A stretch of 64,000 nt of DNA, from positions 64,001-128,000 of IMG/VR virus record IMGVR_UViG_3300035390_000014; one strand, 5' to 3'. Of this stretch, positions 40,857 to 50,116 are shown one piece after another. Each line of letters begins with the position of its first letter. The stretch's first letter is position 1. Origin of the DNA: a virus (taxonomy: Duplodnaviria > Caudoviricetes). Position numbers and translations under genes: made by a program. The notes beneath the pieces were generated by a model. It did no database searches. It was given only the letters and a program-made list of their open reading frames with translations, and was not told where the DNA came from.

Positions 40857-41080
40857 AATATGAATGTAAACTATGTAAAGGCACAGGGTTATTAAATGGT
40901 ACAGGATTAGCAAAAACTATAAAACCAGATATCCCACAATTTTTAGTTTATGAATGCTATGGTTGTCAAGGCACAGGAAAAGTTGATTGGATTACAAATG
41001 TAGTTGGATTTAATGGAGAGATATATCTTTCACGAAGAGTTATAACAAAAGGAGAATATAATGAACTTGAATCCAGGTGA
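40847..41080 (+). CDS. CxxCxGxG-DW Zn-finger protein, paralog 1
   Basis: CKLCKGTG...CYGCQGTGKVDWI. Confidence 0.7.
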   Translation: MDLEYECKLCKGTGLLNGTGLAKTIKPDIPQFLVYECYGCQGTGKVDWITNVVGFNGEIYLSRRVITKGEYNELESR

Positions 41081-41342
41081 AATAATTTGTGACGAATGTC
41101 TTGGAACAGGGGCGTCACTTGCTTATAATTTATGTCCTAAATGTCAAGGTGTTGGCAAACTTGATTGGATTGAAGCAGTAGTTGGTAAAAAAAATGAATT
41201 TATATGGGATAATACAGAAATTATAAAAACTCCACTAACTGCTAAAGAAAGAAGATTAAAAGATTTATGGAATATGGAATTTAAATTAGATGTAAAAAGC
41301 ATATACAGTGAGGATTTGTTCAATGGAATTAAACCCAGGTGA
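41061..41342 (+). CDS. CxxCxGxG-DW Zn-finger protein, paralog 2
   Basis: CDECLGTG...CPKCQGVGKLDWI. Confidence 0.75.
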   Translation: MNLNPGEIICDECLGTGASLAYNLCPKCQGVGKLDWIEAVVGKKNEFIWDNTEIIKTPLTAKERRLKDLWNMEFKLDVKSIYSEDLFNGIKPR

Positions 41343-41646
41343 AATAATTTGTGATCAATGCAATGGTACTGGGAAAGAATATATTGGGGTACCTATACCA
41401 AGAGGCGATATTTATAATAATTGTCCTAAATGTCAAGGTGTTGGTAAACTTGATTGGATTGAAGCAGTAGTTGGTAAAAAAACAAAGAATAATATATTCA
41501 ATGGGGCAACTTGGATGGAACCTAATGGAAATCATCCTTCAAATCCTCAAGTTGGTCAAGCTTATATAAATACAAATAATAATGAGGCCTATGTTTATGA
41601 TGGTAATACATGGGTACAAGTAGTTTCATCTACAACCCAATTATAG
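41323..41646 (+). CDS. CxxCxGxG-DW Zn-finger protein, paralog 3
   Basis: CDQCNGTG...CPKCQGVGKLDWI; C-terminal P.VGQAYINT...YVYDG.TW. Confidence 0.75.
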   Translation: MELNPGEIICDQCNGTGKEYIGVPIPRGDIYNNCPKCQGVGKLDWIEAVVGKKTKNNIFNGATWMEPNGNHPSNPQVGQAYINTNNNEAYVYDGNTWVQVVSSTTQL

Positions 41647-41660
41647 GATTAAAAACTTAA

Positions 41661-42317
41661 ATGGATAATTCTTTATTTATAAATGAAATATGTATAGGAT
41701 TACTTGGTAAATGTAATTGGAATTGTAAATATTGTATAGCAAAGAATAATATTTCTTTTAATGAGGATGATATAATAGAACAAATAGTTCCTATGAAAGA
41801 TAAATTAAAAACATTGTGGTTATCTGGTGGTGAACCTGGAATATTATCTGATAATTTTTGGAACAAACTATTTAATTTAACAGAATATAAACTTAAAATT
41901 TGTACTAATGGAACATTTATTTTAAATGGATTTGCTGATAAATATGAATCTAAGATTAATGCAATTACGATTCATTGTGTAGAAGAATTAGATCAAGATA
42001 TTAATCCAATTGTTTTAAATTTTATTAAAACTACTAAAATTAAATTACAAGTCAATGTTGTTATACATAGATATAACGCTCATTTAATAAAATCTTTTTT
42101 ACAAAAATATAATGATATTAATATTGTATTTAATTTTTCTGATGAAAGCTTTTGCAAAATACCAGATTATAAATATTATATAAATAAAGATGCTGCAATT
42201 GAAATAATAAAGCAATTATCTGGTTTTAAACATTATGGTATTTATACAACACGTTTAGCTAAATGTATTATAAAAAATAATTTTAAATATATAAATCCAT
42301 GGTCAATCAAAAATTAA
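41661..42317 (+). CDS. Radical SAM protein
   Basis: CNWNCKYC, SGGEP, CTNG. Confidence 0.85.
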   Translation: MDNSLFINEICIGLLGKCNWNCKYCIAKNNISFNEDDIIEQIVPMKDKLKTLWLSGGEPGILSDNFWNKLFNLTEYKLKICTNGTFILNGFADKYESKINAITIHCVEELDQDINPIVLNFIKTTKIKLQVNVVIHRYNAHLIKSFLQKYNDINIVFNFSDESFCKIPDYKYYINKDAAIEIIKQLSGFKHYGIYTTRLAKCIIKNNFKYINPWSIKN

Positions 42318-42366
42318 GTAGTTGATTTCTAAAACATATAGAACATATTATAAATGAATGTATTGT

Positions 42367-42442
42367 AGGTCAGTAGCTCTAATGGGAGAGCACCAGACTC
42401 CAAATCTGGGTGTTGGGGGTTCGAATCCCTTCTGGCCTGCCA
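42367..42442 (+). tRNA. tRNA-Trp(CCA)
   Basis: Cloverleaf; CCAGA-CTCCAAA-TCTGG; encoded CCA. Confidence 0.9.
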
Positions 42443-42451
42443 AAATTTTAT

Positions 42452-42527
42452 AGTCCATTAGCTTAATCGGGAAAGCACAGTCCTTATAAGACTGAGAGAC
42501 TGGGATCGTAACCCAGATGGACTACCA
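42452..42527 (+). tRNA. tRNA-Ile(TAT)
   Basis: CAGTC-CTTATAA-GACTG; A73; encoded CCA; variant T-loop. Confidence 0.85.
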
Positions 42528-42552
42528 AACTAATAAAGCAAAGAGGTGAATT

Positions 42553-42852
42553 ATGAATGATAGAGCGAGAACATCGGGAGTAGAAGTGATACCAAAACAA
42601 CAATCAATAGCGGAACTTATCAACAGTAATTTAAATGAAATTTTAGATAGAACTGGTGGTATGGTTAATCGTTTGAATGACATGGAGAGATTTATACTTG
42701 GGTCCAGACCAGACGATCCATCTGAAACCGAAAAAACTGATCCAGTTCTTAGTTCATGGAAACATAAAGTAATGGCCACTTTAAATAAAATTCAATCAAA
42801 TATATCCGATCAAGAAGAAGCAATTGAAAATCTAGAGCAATTTCATAAGTAA
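42553..42852 (+). CDS. Coiled-coil hypothetical protein
   Basis: 99 aa, GAGGTG RBS. Confidence 0.6.
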   Translation: MNDRARTSGVEVIPKQQSIAELINSNLNEILDRTGGMVNRLNDMERFILGSRPDDPSETEKTDPVLSSWKHKVMATLNKIQSNISDQEEAIENLEQFHK

Positions 42853-42859
42853 AAAATAA

Positions 42860-42934
42860 TGGGGTTTGATCTAACGGCTAAGATATCAGGTTTTGATCCT
42901 GACAATGACAGTTCAATTCTGTCAACCCCTTCCA
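42860..42934 (+). tRNA. tRNA-Gln(TTG)
   Basis: TCAGG-TTTTGAT-CCTGA; encoded CCA. Confidence 0.85.
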
Positions 42935-42953
42935 CATACGAAAGGATACTCAT

Positions 42954-43184
42954 ATGACTGAAAACTATGTTGAGGTTCTACCTATTGGAACTATTGTAAA
43001 AGTAGGTGGAGAAATAGACGCAGTAATAGCAGCCATTTCAATACGAGGTATAGAATCATCAATTGCATATGAATGTCAATGGGTTAACGATGTAGTTAAA
43101 ACTCAATGGGTTGATGAAATAATGGTCAAACCAGAAGAAGCTTCGGATAAAATTAAAATAGGATTTAACAAAAAAGGAAAATAA
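42954..43184 (+). CDS. Small beta-barrel hypothetical protein
   Basis: 76 aa, ends KIKIGF. Confidence 0.6.
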   Translation: MTENYVEVLPIGTIVKVGGEIDAVIAAISIRGIESSIAYECQWVNDVVKTQWVDEIMVKPEEASDKIKIGFNKKGK

Positions 43185-43194
43185 GGAGGTTATC

Positions 43195-43704
43195 GTGGAG
43201 AGAGTAATTTTACTAAACAGCGACTATAGCTTTATCAATACTATTGATTGGAAAAAAGCTATGTGTCTATTAGCAAAAGGTAAAGTTGAAGTATTAAAAG
43301 CCACTGATAAAATCCTTAAAAGCTCTGAAAGAACATGGGAAATTTATATTCCTAAAGTTTTGCGTCTTGTTAAATTAGTTAGATCTATTTATCGAACTAA
43401 AGTGCCTTATAGTAAAAAGAATATTATTTATAGAGATAAATTCACTTGTCAATATTGTGGTAAGACAGATAAAAAAATGACAATTGATCATGTTCTACCA
43501 AGTTCAAGAGGTGGTAAATCATCATTTGAAAATTGTGTAGCTTCATGTAAACCTTGTAACAATATTAAAAATGATAAAACTCCAAGAGAAGCTAAAATGA
43601 CTTTAAAGAGACAACCTTTTCAACCAACCATTATGGAGTTTATTACTATTAAAATGAAATTACTTGGAATTGATAAAATACTATCAGATATATGGGATGA
43701 ATAA
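43195..43704 (+). CDS. HNH endonuclease (McrA-like)
   Basis: RDKFTCQYCG...TIDHVLP.SRGG...NCVASCKPCNNIK. Confidence 0.92.
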   Translation: MERVILLNSDYSFINTIDWKKAMCLLAKGKVEVLKATDKILKSSERTWEIYIPKVLRLVKLVRSIYRTKVPYSKKNIIYRDKFTCQYCGKTDKKMTIDHVLPSSRGGKSSFENCVASCKPCNNIKNDKTPREAKMTLKRQPFQPTIMEFITIKMKLLGIDKILSDIWDE

Positions 43705-43707
43705 ATT

Positions 43708-44097
43708 ATGAAATTTGAATTGAATTTTTTGCCAGACGTTCCAACTGTGAATGGACGAATTTATGAAATGAAAGATCTAGAAGAAATATTTTCTAAACCT
43801 GATATTCCAGTAACATCATTTCCATCTAAAGGTATAGAAGTTAATATGTCAGAAATAATTGGTTATGCAAATCTAACTGAATTATCAGAAGATAAAGTTG
43901 AGTTTGAGGTTAGACCTGTTAAACTAGATATGTTAAATGCTATTACAAGTGGAAAATTAACTATTAATGCTTTTGGAGATGTTAAAAGAATTGATGTAAA
44001 AGATGAATGTGGGTTAATAACTGAGACTAAAAAAGTCGTTAAAGATCTTACATTATATCATTTATTTGCAGCTCATGAAACTAAGATAGAAGAATAA
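43708..44097 (+). CDS. Hypothetical protein
   Basis: 129 aa; NGRIY. Confidence 0.6.
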   Translation: MKFELNFLPDVPTVNGRIYEMKDLEEIFSKPDIPVTSFPSKGIEVNMSEIIGYANLTELSEDKVEFEVRPVKLDMLNAITSGKLTINAFGDVKRIDVKDECGLITETKKVVKDLTLYHLFAAHETKIEE

Positions 44098-44190
44098 GGT
44101 AGGTATCCGGCTGGATGAGGAGCCACTCTTGAAAAGTGGTATTAGGGTTTGTAGCTCTATTGGCGGGTTCAAGTCCCCCACCTACCTCCA
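44098..44190 (+). tRNA. tRNA-Ser(TGA)
   Basis: CCACT-CTTGAAA-AGTGG, long variable arm, CCA. Confidence 0.85.
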
Positions 44191-44191
44191 C

Positions 44192-44279
44192 GGAGAAGTT
44201 GACAGTAGGGAGTCAGCTACATTGGAAATGTAGTAAGTGTTAATAGCATTTGCGAGTTCGAGTCTCGCCTTCTCCGCCA
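44192..44279 (+). tRNA. tRNA-Ser(GGA)
   Basis: CTACA-TTGGAAA-TGTAG, long variable arm, G73, CCA. Confidence 0.9.
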
Positions 44280-44385
44280 CAAATTAGGGTGGTAGTTAGA
44301 TAAGAGATATAACAGCGCAGAGGGTACTACGCCTTCAATTGTTAGTCCACCACTCTTTTAACTCATAAATGCATACAGGTGAATT

Positions 44386-44895
44386 ATGACTGATTTTGGA
44401 AAAGAGTTTATTGATAGCATTAAAAATCATTTTGATTTAGATAAAAGATATAAAGCATCTACTAATAGACAGAGCATTAGAAGTGGTGGTAAAAGTATTG
44501 TTGTAGATGGTGATAATGTTATCATCAATGGGAAACGAATTGGAATTGAAGATGAACATTTTGTTCCTAAGAGAGAACCTAAATTTAAAACAAGAGAAGA
44601 ATATGATGCTCATGTTAGTGAAGTAAAGCTTGCAGCACAAGAAAAAGTTCTTGAAAATACATTAAAATTAAAAGCTCTTCAAAGTATAACTGTAGAACAA
44701 TTGAATAAAAAACTTGAAGGGTATGAAATTAATGAATATATAGCTTCTATATTTCAGCAAAAAGTAGCGAACTTTATAGAACGAAGAGCCTATATGATTG
44801 TTGATGAAGCTTTAGAGGATCTTGAAGATGATGGTCGTGTTACAAGAGCAATAAGAGATAGTGTTATTATTAAAATTAAAAACGCTTTCAAATAA
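44386..44895 (+). CDS. Hypothetical protein
   Basis: 169 aa, AGGTG RBS. Confidence 0.65.
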   Translation: MTDFGKEFIDSIKNHFDLDKRYKASTNRQSIRSGGKSIVVDGDNVIINGKRIGIEDEHFVPKREPKFKTREEYDAHVSEVKLAAQEKVLENTLKLKALQSITVEQLNKKLEGYEINEYIASIFQQKVANFIERRAYMIVDEALEDLEDDGRVTRAIRDSVIIKIKNAFK

Positions 44896-45074
44896 AAGGA
44901 GTTATCTATGTGGTTAATCGGAGTAGCAACAACATATATCGGTATAGGGGTATTACTTGCTTGGATACTTTCTACAGCGGGTGGTGAGAAATTTGTTTTA
45001 AATAAAGCAGCATTGCCATTTATTGTAACATGGCCAAAATTAGTTTGGGGAATGATTTTTAAATAATTTAATAT

Positions 45075-45464
45075 GGGGATGAAATGGTATCGCTATAGGT
45101 AGGAATTTTATACTGCGCTTCGTGAATGATTGAGTCACGTTAAAATTGATCATGTAAATACAACTGCAGACAATTTCGCAGATGATTACGCACTAGCAAT
45201 AGCAGCGTAATTCGTTCTAGTTAGTTTATATCTTCGGATTAATATAGGGCGTCGACTTAGAAGATTAGAATTATATTGGTTGGACATAAGATAATTCCAT
45301 GTGACTTTATAATTTGAAACTACTACAGAAATTTATCCTTCAACAATGTTGTTTTGTCAATTCCACATATAGTGATTTGTTGAAGTATTAAAAATTGACT
45401 ATAAGCGTAGATGTATTCTTGGAATATACTATATACTCGAGTTCGACTCTCGACATCTCCACCA
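45075..45464 (+). ncRNA. ssrA: tmRNA, tag peptide ADNFADDYALAIAA
   Basis: 5' GGGGATG pairs with 3' CATCTCC-ACCA; T-arm CTCGAGTTCGACTCTCGA; tag ORF 45166-45210 after ACAACT. Confidence 0.92.
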
Positions 45465-45481
45465 ACTTCAATTTGGTTGAT

Positions 45482-45517
45482 CTCCACTTTTATTTAGAAC
45501 ATATAATAAAAGTGGAG
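45482..45517 (+). promoter_or_regulatory. RBS-sequestering hairpin with GAACATA motif in loop
   Basis: 12-bp perfect stem CTCCACTTTTAT/ATAAAAGTGGAG before ATG 45524. Confidence 0.7.
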
Positions 45518-45523
45518 GTATAT

Positions 45524-46264
45524 ATGAATCAAATATGTAAACATTGTGATAAATTTATAGAAGGAAAACATTCTGTTTATGCTAATCATGTTAGATGGTG
45601 TAAAAAAAATCCTAATAATAAAAAAGAAAATATTAAATTTGGTATTTTAAAAGGGTTAGATAAAAGATTAGGTAAAATAAAAGAATTTAAAGTTAAATGT
45701 AATAATTGTAATAAAATTTTTATTGTTAATGAAAGAGAAAAACAATTTCCTAAAAAAGATAAATATTTTTGTAATAGAAGTTGTGCTAACACCAGAAAAC
45801 ATTCAAAGGAAACTAAAGATAAAATAAGAAAATCATGTTCGCCTAAAATTAAAGAATATTGGAATAATCCAGAATATGTTAAAAAACAAATGTCAAAAAA
45901 TTCTATACTTTTTTCTAAAGGCGAGGTAGTAATTAGAACATATTTTAAATGGAATTTTCCTAATCAAAAATGGACTTTTGGTGGTTGTTTAAAACATAAT
46001 GATAGTAGACTAGTTAGAGATCTTTATTCTAAAAAATTAAAAGTTTGTATTGAATATGATGGTATATGGCATTTTGAAGATATACATGGTCAATTAAAAG
46101 ATAAACAAAAAATTGATAAAGCTCTTGAAGATTGGTGTATACAAAATGATTATAGATTGATTAGGATAAAAGAGGATGTTTTTTTAAAAGATGAAGATTT
46201 TTGGATCGATAAATTAGTTAAAGAAGTTAAATATGGTGTTGCTAAAATAATTAAATTTTATTGA
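45524..46264 (+). CDS. Homing-type endonuclease (PD-(D/E)xK / DUF559-like) with Zn fingers
   Basis: CKHC..H..WC, FCNRSCAN, RDLY...CIEYDGIWHF...D..K...LIRI; ATG 45524 preferred over track start inside tmRNA. Confidence 0.8.
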   Translation: MNQICKHCDKFIEGKHSVYANHVRWCKKNPNNKKENIKFGILKGLDKRLGKIKEFKVKCNNCNKIFIVNEREKQFPKKDKYFCNRSCANTRKHSKETKDKIRKSCSPKIKEYWNNPEYVKKQMSKNSILFSKGEVVIRTYFKWNFPNQKWTFGGCLKHNDSRLVRDLYSKKLKVCIEYDGIWHFEDIHGQLKDKQKIDKALEDWCIQNDYRLIRIKEDVFLKDEDFWIDKLVKEVKYGVAKIIKFY

Positions 46265-46277
46265 AAGGTTTAGATTA

Positions 46278-46511
46278 ATGGCTGAGAAAATTAATACATA
46301 CTATAGAGCTCTATACCATGCTGAGGGGATGAACGGACCAGTATTAACAAAAAGGCAATTAATGAATGAGATAGAAACATCTCTTTTAAATATAAGTAGC
46401 ACTGAGCCTGAAATTTCATTTAGTGTTAGTAAGATGCAATTAACTGAAAAACAATTCAAGGAAAGATCAGACGACTTAAAAAATTATACTTATGCAGGTG
46501 TAGAGAATTAA
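46278..46511 (+). CDS. Small hypothetical protein
   Basis: 77 aa with RBS. Confidence 0.55.
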   Translation: MAEKINTYYRALYHAEGMNGPVLTKRQLMNEIETSLLNISSTEPEISFSVSKMQLTEKQFKERSDDLKNYTYAGVEN

Positions 46512-46517
46512 AATTGT

Positions 46518-46605
46518 GGGGGAGTGGTGAAATTGGGTAAACACACAGCGCTTAAAACGCTGCGGATGGAAATCCTTGTCAGTTCGAGTCTGATCTCCCC
46601 TACCA
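46518..46605 (+). tRNA. tRNA-Leu(TAA)
   Basis: CAGCG-CTTAAAA-CGCTG, long variable arm, A73, CCA. Confidence 0.9.
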
Positions 46606-46616
46606 TTTATTTATAG

Positions 46617-47177
46617 GTGAATATTATGAAAGACATGAATAAGCTAATACAGTTAAGAGAAGCTACACATAAAGATATGATCAAAGGTTTCCAAGAAAGA
46701 GCAAAAGACCTTAGAATGTCTTTTGAAAGACCAAAAAGAGAAAATGGTATGTTATGTGATTTTGGGTGTGGTCAACCAGCTACTTATATGATTCATGGTA
46801 TAAGTTGTTGTAATAAATATGAAAGTCGCTGTCCTGCATATGAAAGATACCAATCAGAAAAAAGACTAGAAATGGTTGGACAAATCCCTCATAGAAAAAT
46901 GAAGGACACGAAATTTAGTTGTTTTTTGAATTACTTTTTCCATGAGGAATGGTATATACATCAGATTATAAACCTCGTAAAATGGGGGTCTAATCGCGTT
47001 ATAAGACAACAGGGGTTTAGGGTATTACCTATAAATCAAGAATTAAAACCAATCAAAACTTGGGACAGAATAACCAGTCCTCACTTCATAATTAATGAAT
47101 CAATGTACATAAGTCAACCAAAAGGTCAATCAATTATAGCAGTACATATTGGAGAATTACCATATGAAACCAATTAG
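46617..47177 (+). CDS. Hypothetical protein carrying the CDFGCG..CC..CP Zn module
   Basis: LCDFGCGQPATYMIHGISCCNKYESRCP. Confidence 0.6.
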   Translation: MNIMKDMNKLIQLREATHKDMIKGFQERAKDLRMSFERPKRENGMLCDFGCGQPATYMIHGISCCNKYESRCPAYERYQSEKRLEMVGQIPHRKMKDTKFSCFLNYFFHEEWYIHQIINLVKWGSNRVIRQQGFRVLPINQELKPIKTWDRITSPHFIINESMYISQPKGQSIIAVHIGELPYETN

Positions 47178-47520
47178 ATGTGTAGTTTGTAGAACTGAAT
47201 TTGATCACGCTGAACTTGATGGGGCACGTGGTTGCCCGGTATGTGGTTATCAAGGACTTACTATGCTAACTAATGGAGATGTAGCTGTAAATATTAATTG
47301 GTTTGAACTTAGGTTGATATGTATGTGGGCTGAATCTTTAGCTTTACAAGTCGGTGATTCCCATAGTCTCAATGCTTTTTATTCAGTAGTTAATGAATTA
47401 AAGAAACAAATACCAGATTCTGGTAAAATAACAATGTTTGATAAAGCACCTGATCTCACTTGTGATTCAGATTATAATATAGATGATTTAGTAGTTCCGG
47501 ATGGGACGATATTCAATTGA
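47149..47520 (+). CDS. Zn-ribbon protein
   Basis: CVVC...CPVCG. Confidence 0.6.
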   Translation: MENYHMKPIRCVVCRTEFDHAELDGARGCPVCGYQGLTMLTNGDVAVNINWFELRLICMWAESLALQVGDSHSLNAFYSVVNELKKQIPDSGKITMFDKAPDLTCDSDYNIDDLVVPDGTIFN

Positions 47521-48905
47521 AGACTAATAATGTTTTAGTGATAGGTGATATAATCCTTGATAAATATATCAAAGGTTCAGTATCCCGCATTTCACCAGAA
47601 GCTCCTGTTCCTATTATTAAAATAGATGATGAACATTACTCATTGGGTGGAGCTGCTAACGTAGCTAATAATTTATCCTCGTTAGGATGCAGTGTTAGTA
47701 TCATTGGTATCATTGGTCTTGATTCCGACGGAAATAAATTAAAACAATTATTTAAAGAAACTAATATTCATTGCTATTTTAATTATAATAAGAATTATAA
47801 AACAACATCTAAGACCAGAATAATTGGTAATAATCAACAGGTAGCAAGACTTGATTATAATGATAATAGTAAACCAGAAGAAATTAGTATTTTTACAATA
47901 GAGCAAACAATTAAAGATGTAATAGATCCATATGATATTGTTGTTATATCTGATTATGATAAAGGAGTTTGTACGAATAGAATATGTCGAACAATAATTC
48001 ATTTATGTAATCAAAAAAATATTCCAGTTATCGTTGATCCAAAGGGAACTGATTGGGATAAATATAGAAAAGCATATATGATAACTCCTAATCTAAAAGA
48101 AACATCTGAGTTAATTGGTAATGAAATTAAAAATACTAATATACAGATTAATGCTAAATGTAGAAATTTAAATGATCAAGTTAGATCTCAATACTTATTA
48201 ATAACAAGATCAGATAAAGGAATGTCTTTAGTTGATGAAGCTGGTATTATTCATATACCATCTAAATCTAAAGAAGTCTTTGATGTTACTGGTGCTGGTG
48301 ATACTGTTATAGCAACTATTGCAGCATTTATTAATAGAATGAAAATAATTGATGTTATTAATTTAGCTAATAAAGCGGCTGGAATAGCAGTATCAAAAAC
48401 AGGAACATCAACAGTAACACAAGATGAATTGAATAATGATCCTATTAGTAATAAGATAATGACTGTAGATTCTTTAATGAAACATGTTAAATTATGGAAA
48501 CAAAAAGAAGAGTCTATCGTATTTACTAATGGTTGTTACGATCTATTTCATAAAGGTCATGCTCATTCAATACATAAAGCATCTGAACTTGGTAATCGCT
48601 TAATAGTTGCTATTAATTCAGATGAATCAGTTCATAGAATTAAAGGTGATAATAGACCATTAAACAATGAATATGATAGAGCATTTGTTATAGCATCTAT
48701 TAATAATGTTGATGCAGTAATTATATTTAATGAGGTTACACCAGATAACATATTACAATTAATCAGACCCAGTGTATTAGTTAAGGGTGGGGATTATATG
48801 CTTCATGAGATTGTAGGAAGAGAATATGCGGATAGAGTTGAAGTTATTAATTATTTACATGGTTATTCAACTACTAAGATGGTTAAAAAAATAGAAGGTA
48901 AATAA
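47517..48905 (+). CDS. hldE: Bifunctional D-glycero-D-manno-heptose kinase / adenylyltransferase
   Basis: GDIILDKY..GSVSRISPEAPVP, DVTGAGDTV, VFTNGCYDLFHKGH, RPLN, LVKGGDY. Confidence 0.95.
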   Translation: MKTNNVLVIGDIILDKYIKGSVSRISPEAPVPIIKIDDEHYSLGGAANVANNLSSLGCSVSIIGIIGLDSDGNKLKQLFKETNIHCYFNYNKNYKTTSKTRIIGNNQQVARLDYNDNSKPEEISIFTIEQTIKDVIDPYDIVVISDYDKGVCTNRICRTIIHLCNQKNIPVIVDPKGTDWDKYRKAYMITPNLKETSELIGNEIKNTNIQINAKCRNLNDQVRSQYLLITRSDKGMSLVDEAGIIHIPSKSKEVFDVTGAGDTVIATIAAFINRMKIIDVINLANKAAGIAVSKTGTSTVTQDELNNDPISNKIMTVDSLMKHVKLWKQKEESIVFTNGCYDLFHKGHAHSIHKASELGNRLIVAINSDESVHRIKGDNRPLNNEYDRAFVIASINNVDAVIIFNEVTPDNILQLIRPSVLVKGGDYMLHEIVGREYADRVEVINYLHGYSTTKMVKKIEGK

Positions 48906-49267
48906 TGGAAAAAATAAAAAAAACATGGGGATGGGAACATTGGTTTGAAAATAATGAAAAATATTGTGGCAAACTGATATTTATAGATTTTAATAAATGG
49001 TCTTCTAAAGGAAAATTTCATTATCATAAATTAAAAGATGAAACTTTCTTTGTTTTGAAAGGTTGTTTAACTCTACAATATTATGAAGATGATATTAAGC
49101 ATTGTTTGAAAATACAGGAAGGTGAATCTTTTCGTATAATGCCAGAGGTTAAACATAGATTTAAAACAAATACAATCAAAGGTTGTGAATTTATTGAAGT
49201 ATCTACACAACACTTTGATGAAGATTCATATAGAACTAAACTTGTAAATGGTGAATGGACAGGATGA
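48905..49267 (+). CDS. Cupin (sugar isomerase / D-lyxose ketol-isomerase-like)
   Basis: KKTWGWE, FHYHKLKDETF, KHRF, EVST. Confidence 0.85.
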   Translation: MEKIKKTWGWEHWFENNEKYCGKLIFIDFNKWSSKGKFHYHKLKDETFFVLKGCLTLQYYEDDIKHCLKIQEGESFRIMPEVKHRFKTNTIKGCEFIEVSTQHFDEDSYRTKLVNGEWTG

Positions 49268-49905
49268 AAAAGATATTAGCAATTGGTGGAGCTGTTATAA
49301 AAACTGCCAAGGGAGAGTTAAGAGAATACATTGAGAATGATCAAATAGAGATGCTTATTCATAACGGAGGGTCTATATTTCACGATTTTCAACAAGCTAT
49401 TGATCCTAATCTCACTTCTCATTCATACCCTTTAAATGATCTAATAAACGATTATTCATGTAATAAAGAAGCTAGTACTTATGTTTGGGAATTTGTAAAT
49501 TATAACACAGCACCAGAAGAGTCAATTACTAAGTTGTGTGTTGATAAAGGTATTCCAGTATTATTATTCACTGGACTTGGTTGTGATTTTTGGCATTTAT
49601 TTGCAACTCCGGATTTATGGTCAGATTATGGCAGACAATCGTATTATTATTTTGAAGAATTATGGAAACGGTTTAAAGATCCTTTTCATTATATTTGTAT
49701 GGGATCAGCAGTTATTCATCCAGAAGTGTTTACTAAAGCAATAGCAGTTGCAAAGAATAAAAATTTTAAATCAGATGTTGTTGATTTTAAATATATGTAT
49801 AGACCTCAGACAAGAATTTCAATTTATGGAACATATTATCATATGACCCATAAAAGATTTTTAGGAGATCAAAATGCCTTATATAAAACCAGAAAGAAAA
49901 AGTGA
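49255..49905 (+). CDS. Deoxyhypusine-synthase-like fold protein (GSAVxxPEVFxKA family)
   Basis: IGGAVIK, LIHNGGSIFHDF, MGSAVIHPEVFTKA. Confidence 0.55.
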   Translation: MDRMKKILAIGGAVIKTAKGELREYIENDQIEMLIHNGGSIFHDFQQAIDPNLTSHSYPLNDLINDYSCNKEASTYVWEFVNYNTAPEESITKLCVDKGIPVLLFTGLGCDFWHLFATPDLWSDYGRQSYYYFEELWKRFKDPFHYICMGSAVIHPEVFTKAIAVAKNKNFKSDVVDFKYMYRPQTRISIYGTYYHMTHKRFLGDQNALYKTRKKK

Positions 49906-50116
49906 ACTCGTTAATGAACAAGCAAATTATTCAGGTGAATTGAATTATAAAATTACTGAGTTAGCTATTGAATACTTAGATCATAAAGGCAAATCATACG
50001 ATACCATTAATGAGATTATGGGAGCAATGGAATGTGCTAAGTTAGAATTTTATCGTAGAGTAGCAGTTCCATATGAGGAAACAAAGAAAGAAGAAAATGG
50101 TGACGTCTATGGCTAA
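49874..50116 (+). CDS. Conserved small phage protein (MPYIK...GELNY family)
   Basis: GELNYKIT, GAMECAKLEFYRRVAVPYE..K...NGDV. Confidence 0.75.
   Translation: MPYIKPERKSELVNEQANYSGELNYKITELAIEYLDHKGKSYDTINEIMGAMECAKLEFYRRVAVPYEETKKEENGDVYG

Noticed and set aside
41661-42317. Radical SAM as QueE completing a preQ0 pathway
   Set aside because: Only generic CxxxCxxC and GGEP motifs, 9 kb from queC; cannot be assigned without a profile search
45395-45523. Track N-terminal extension of the endonuclease
   Set aside because: Overlaps the tmRNA 3' end; ATG 45524 has the RBS
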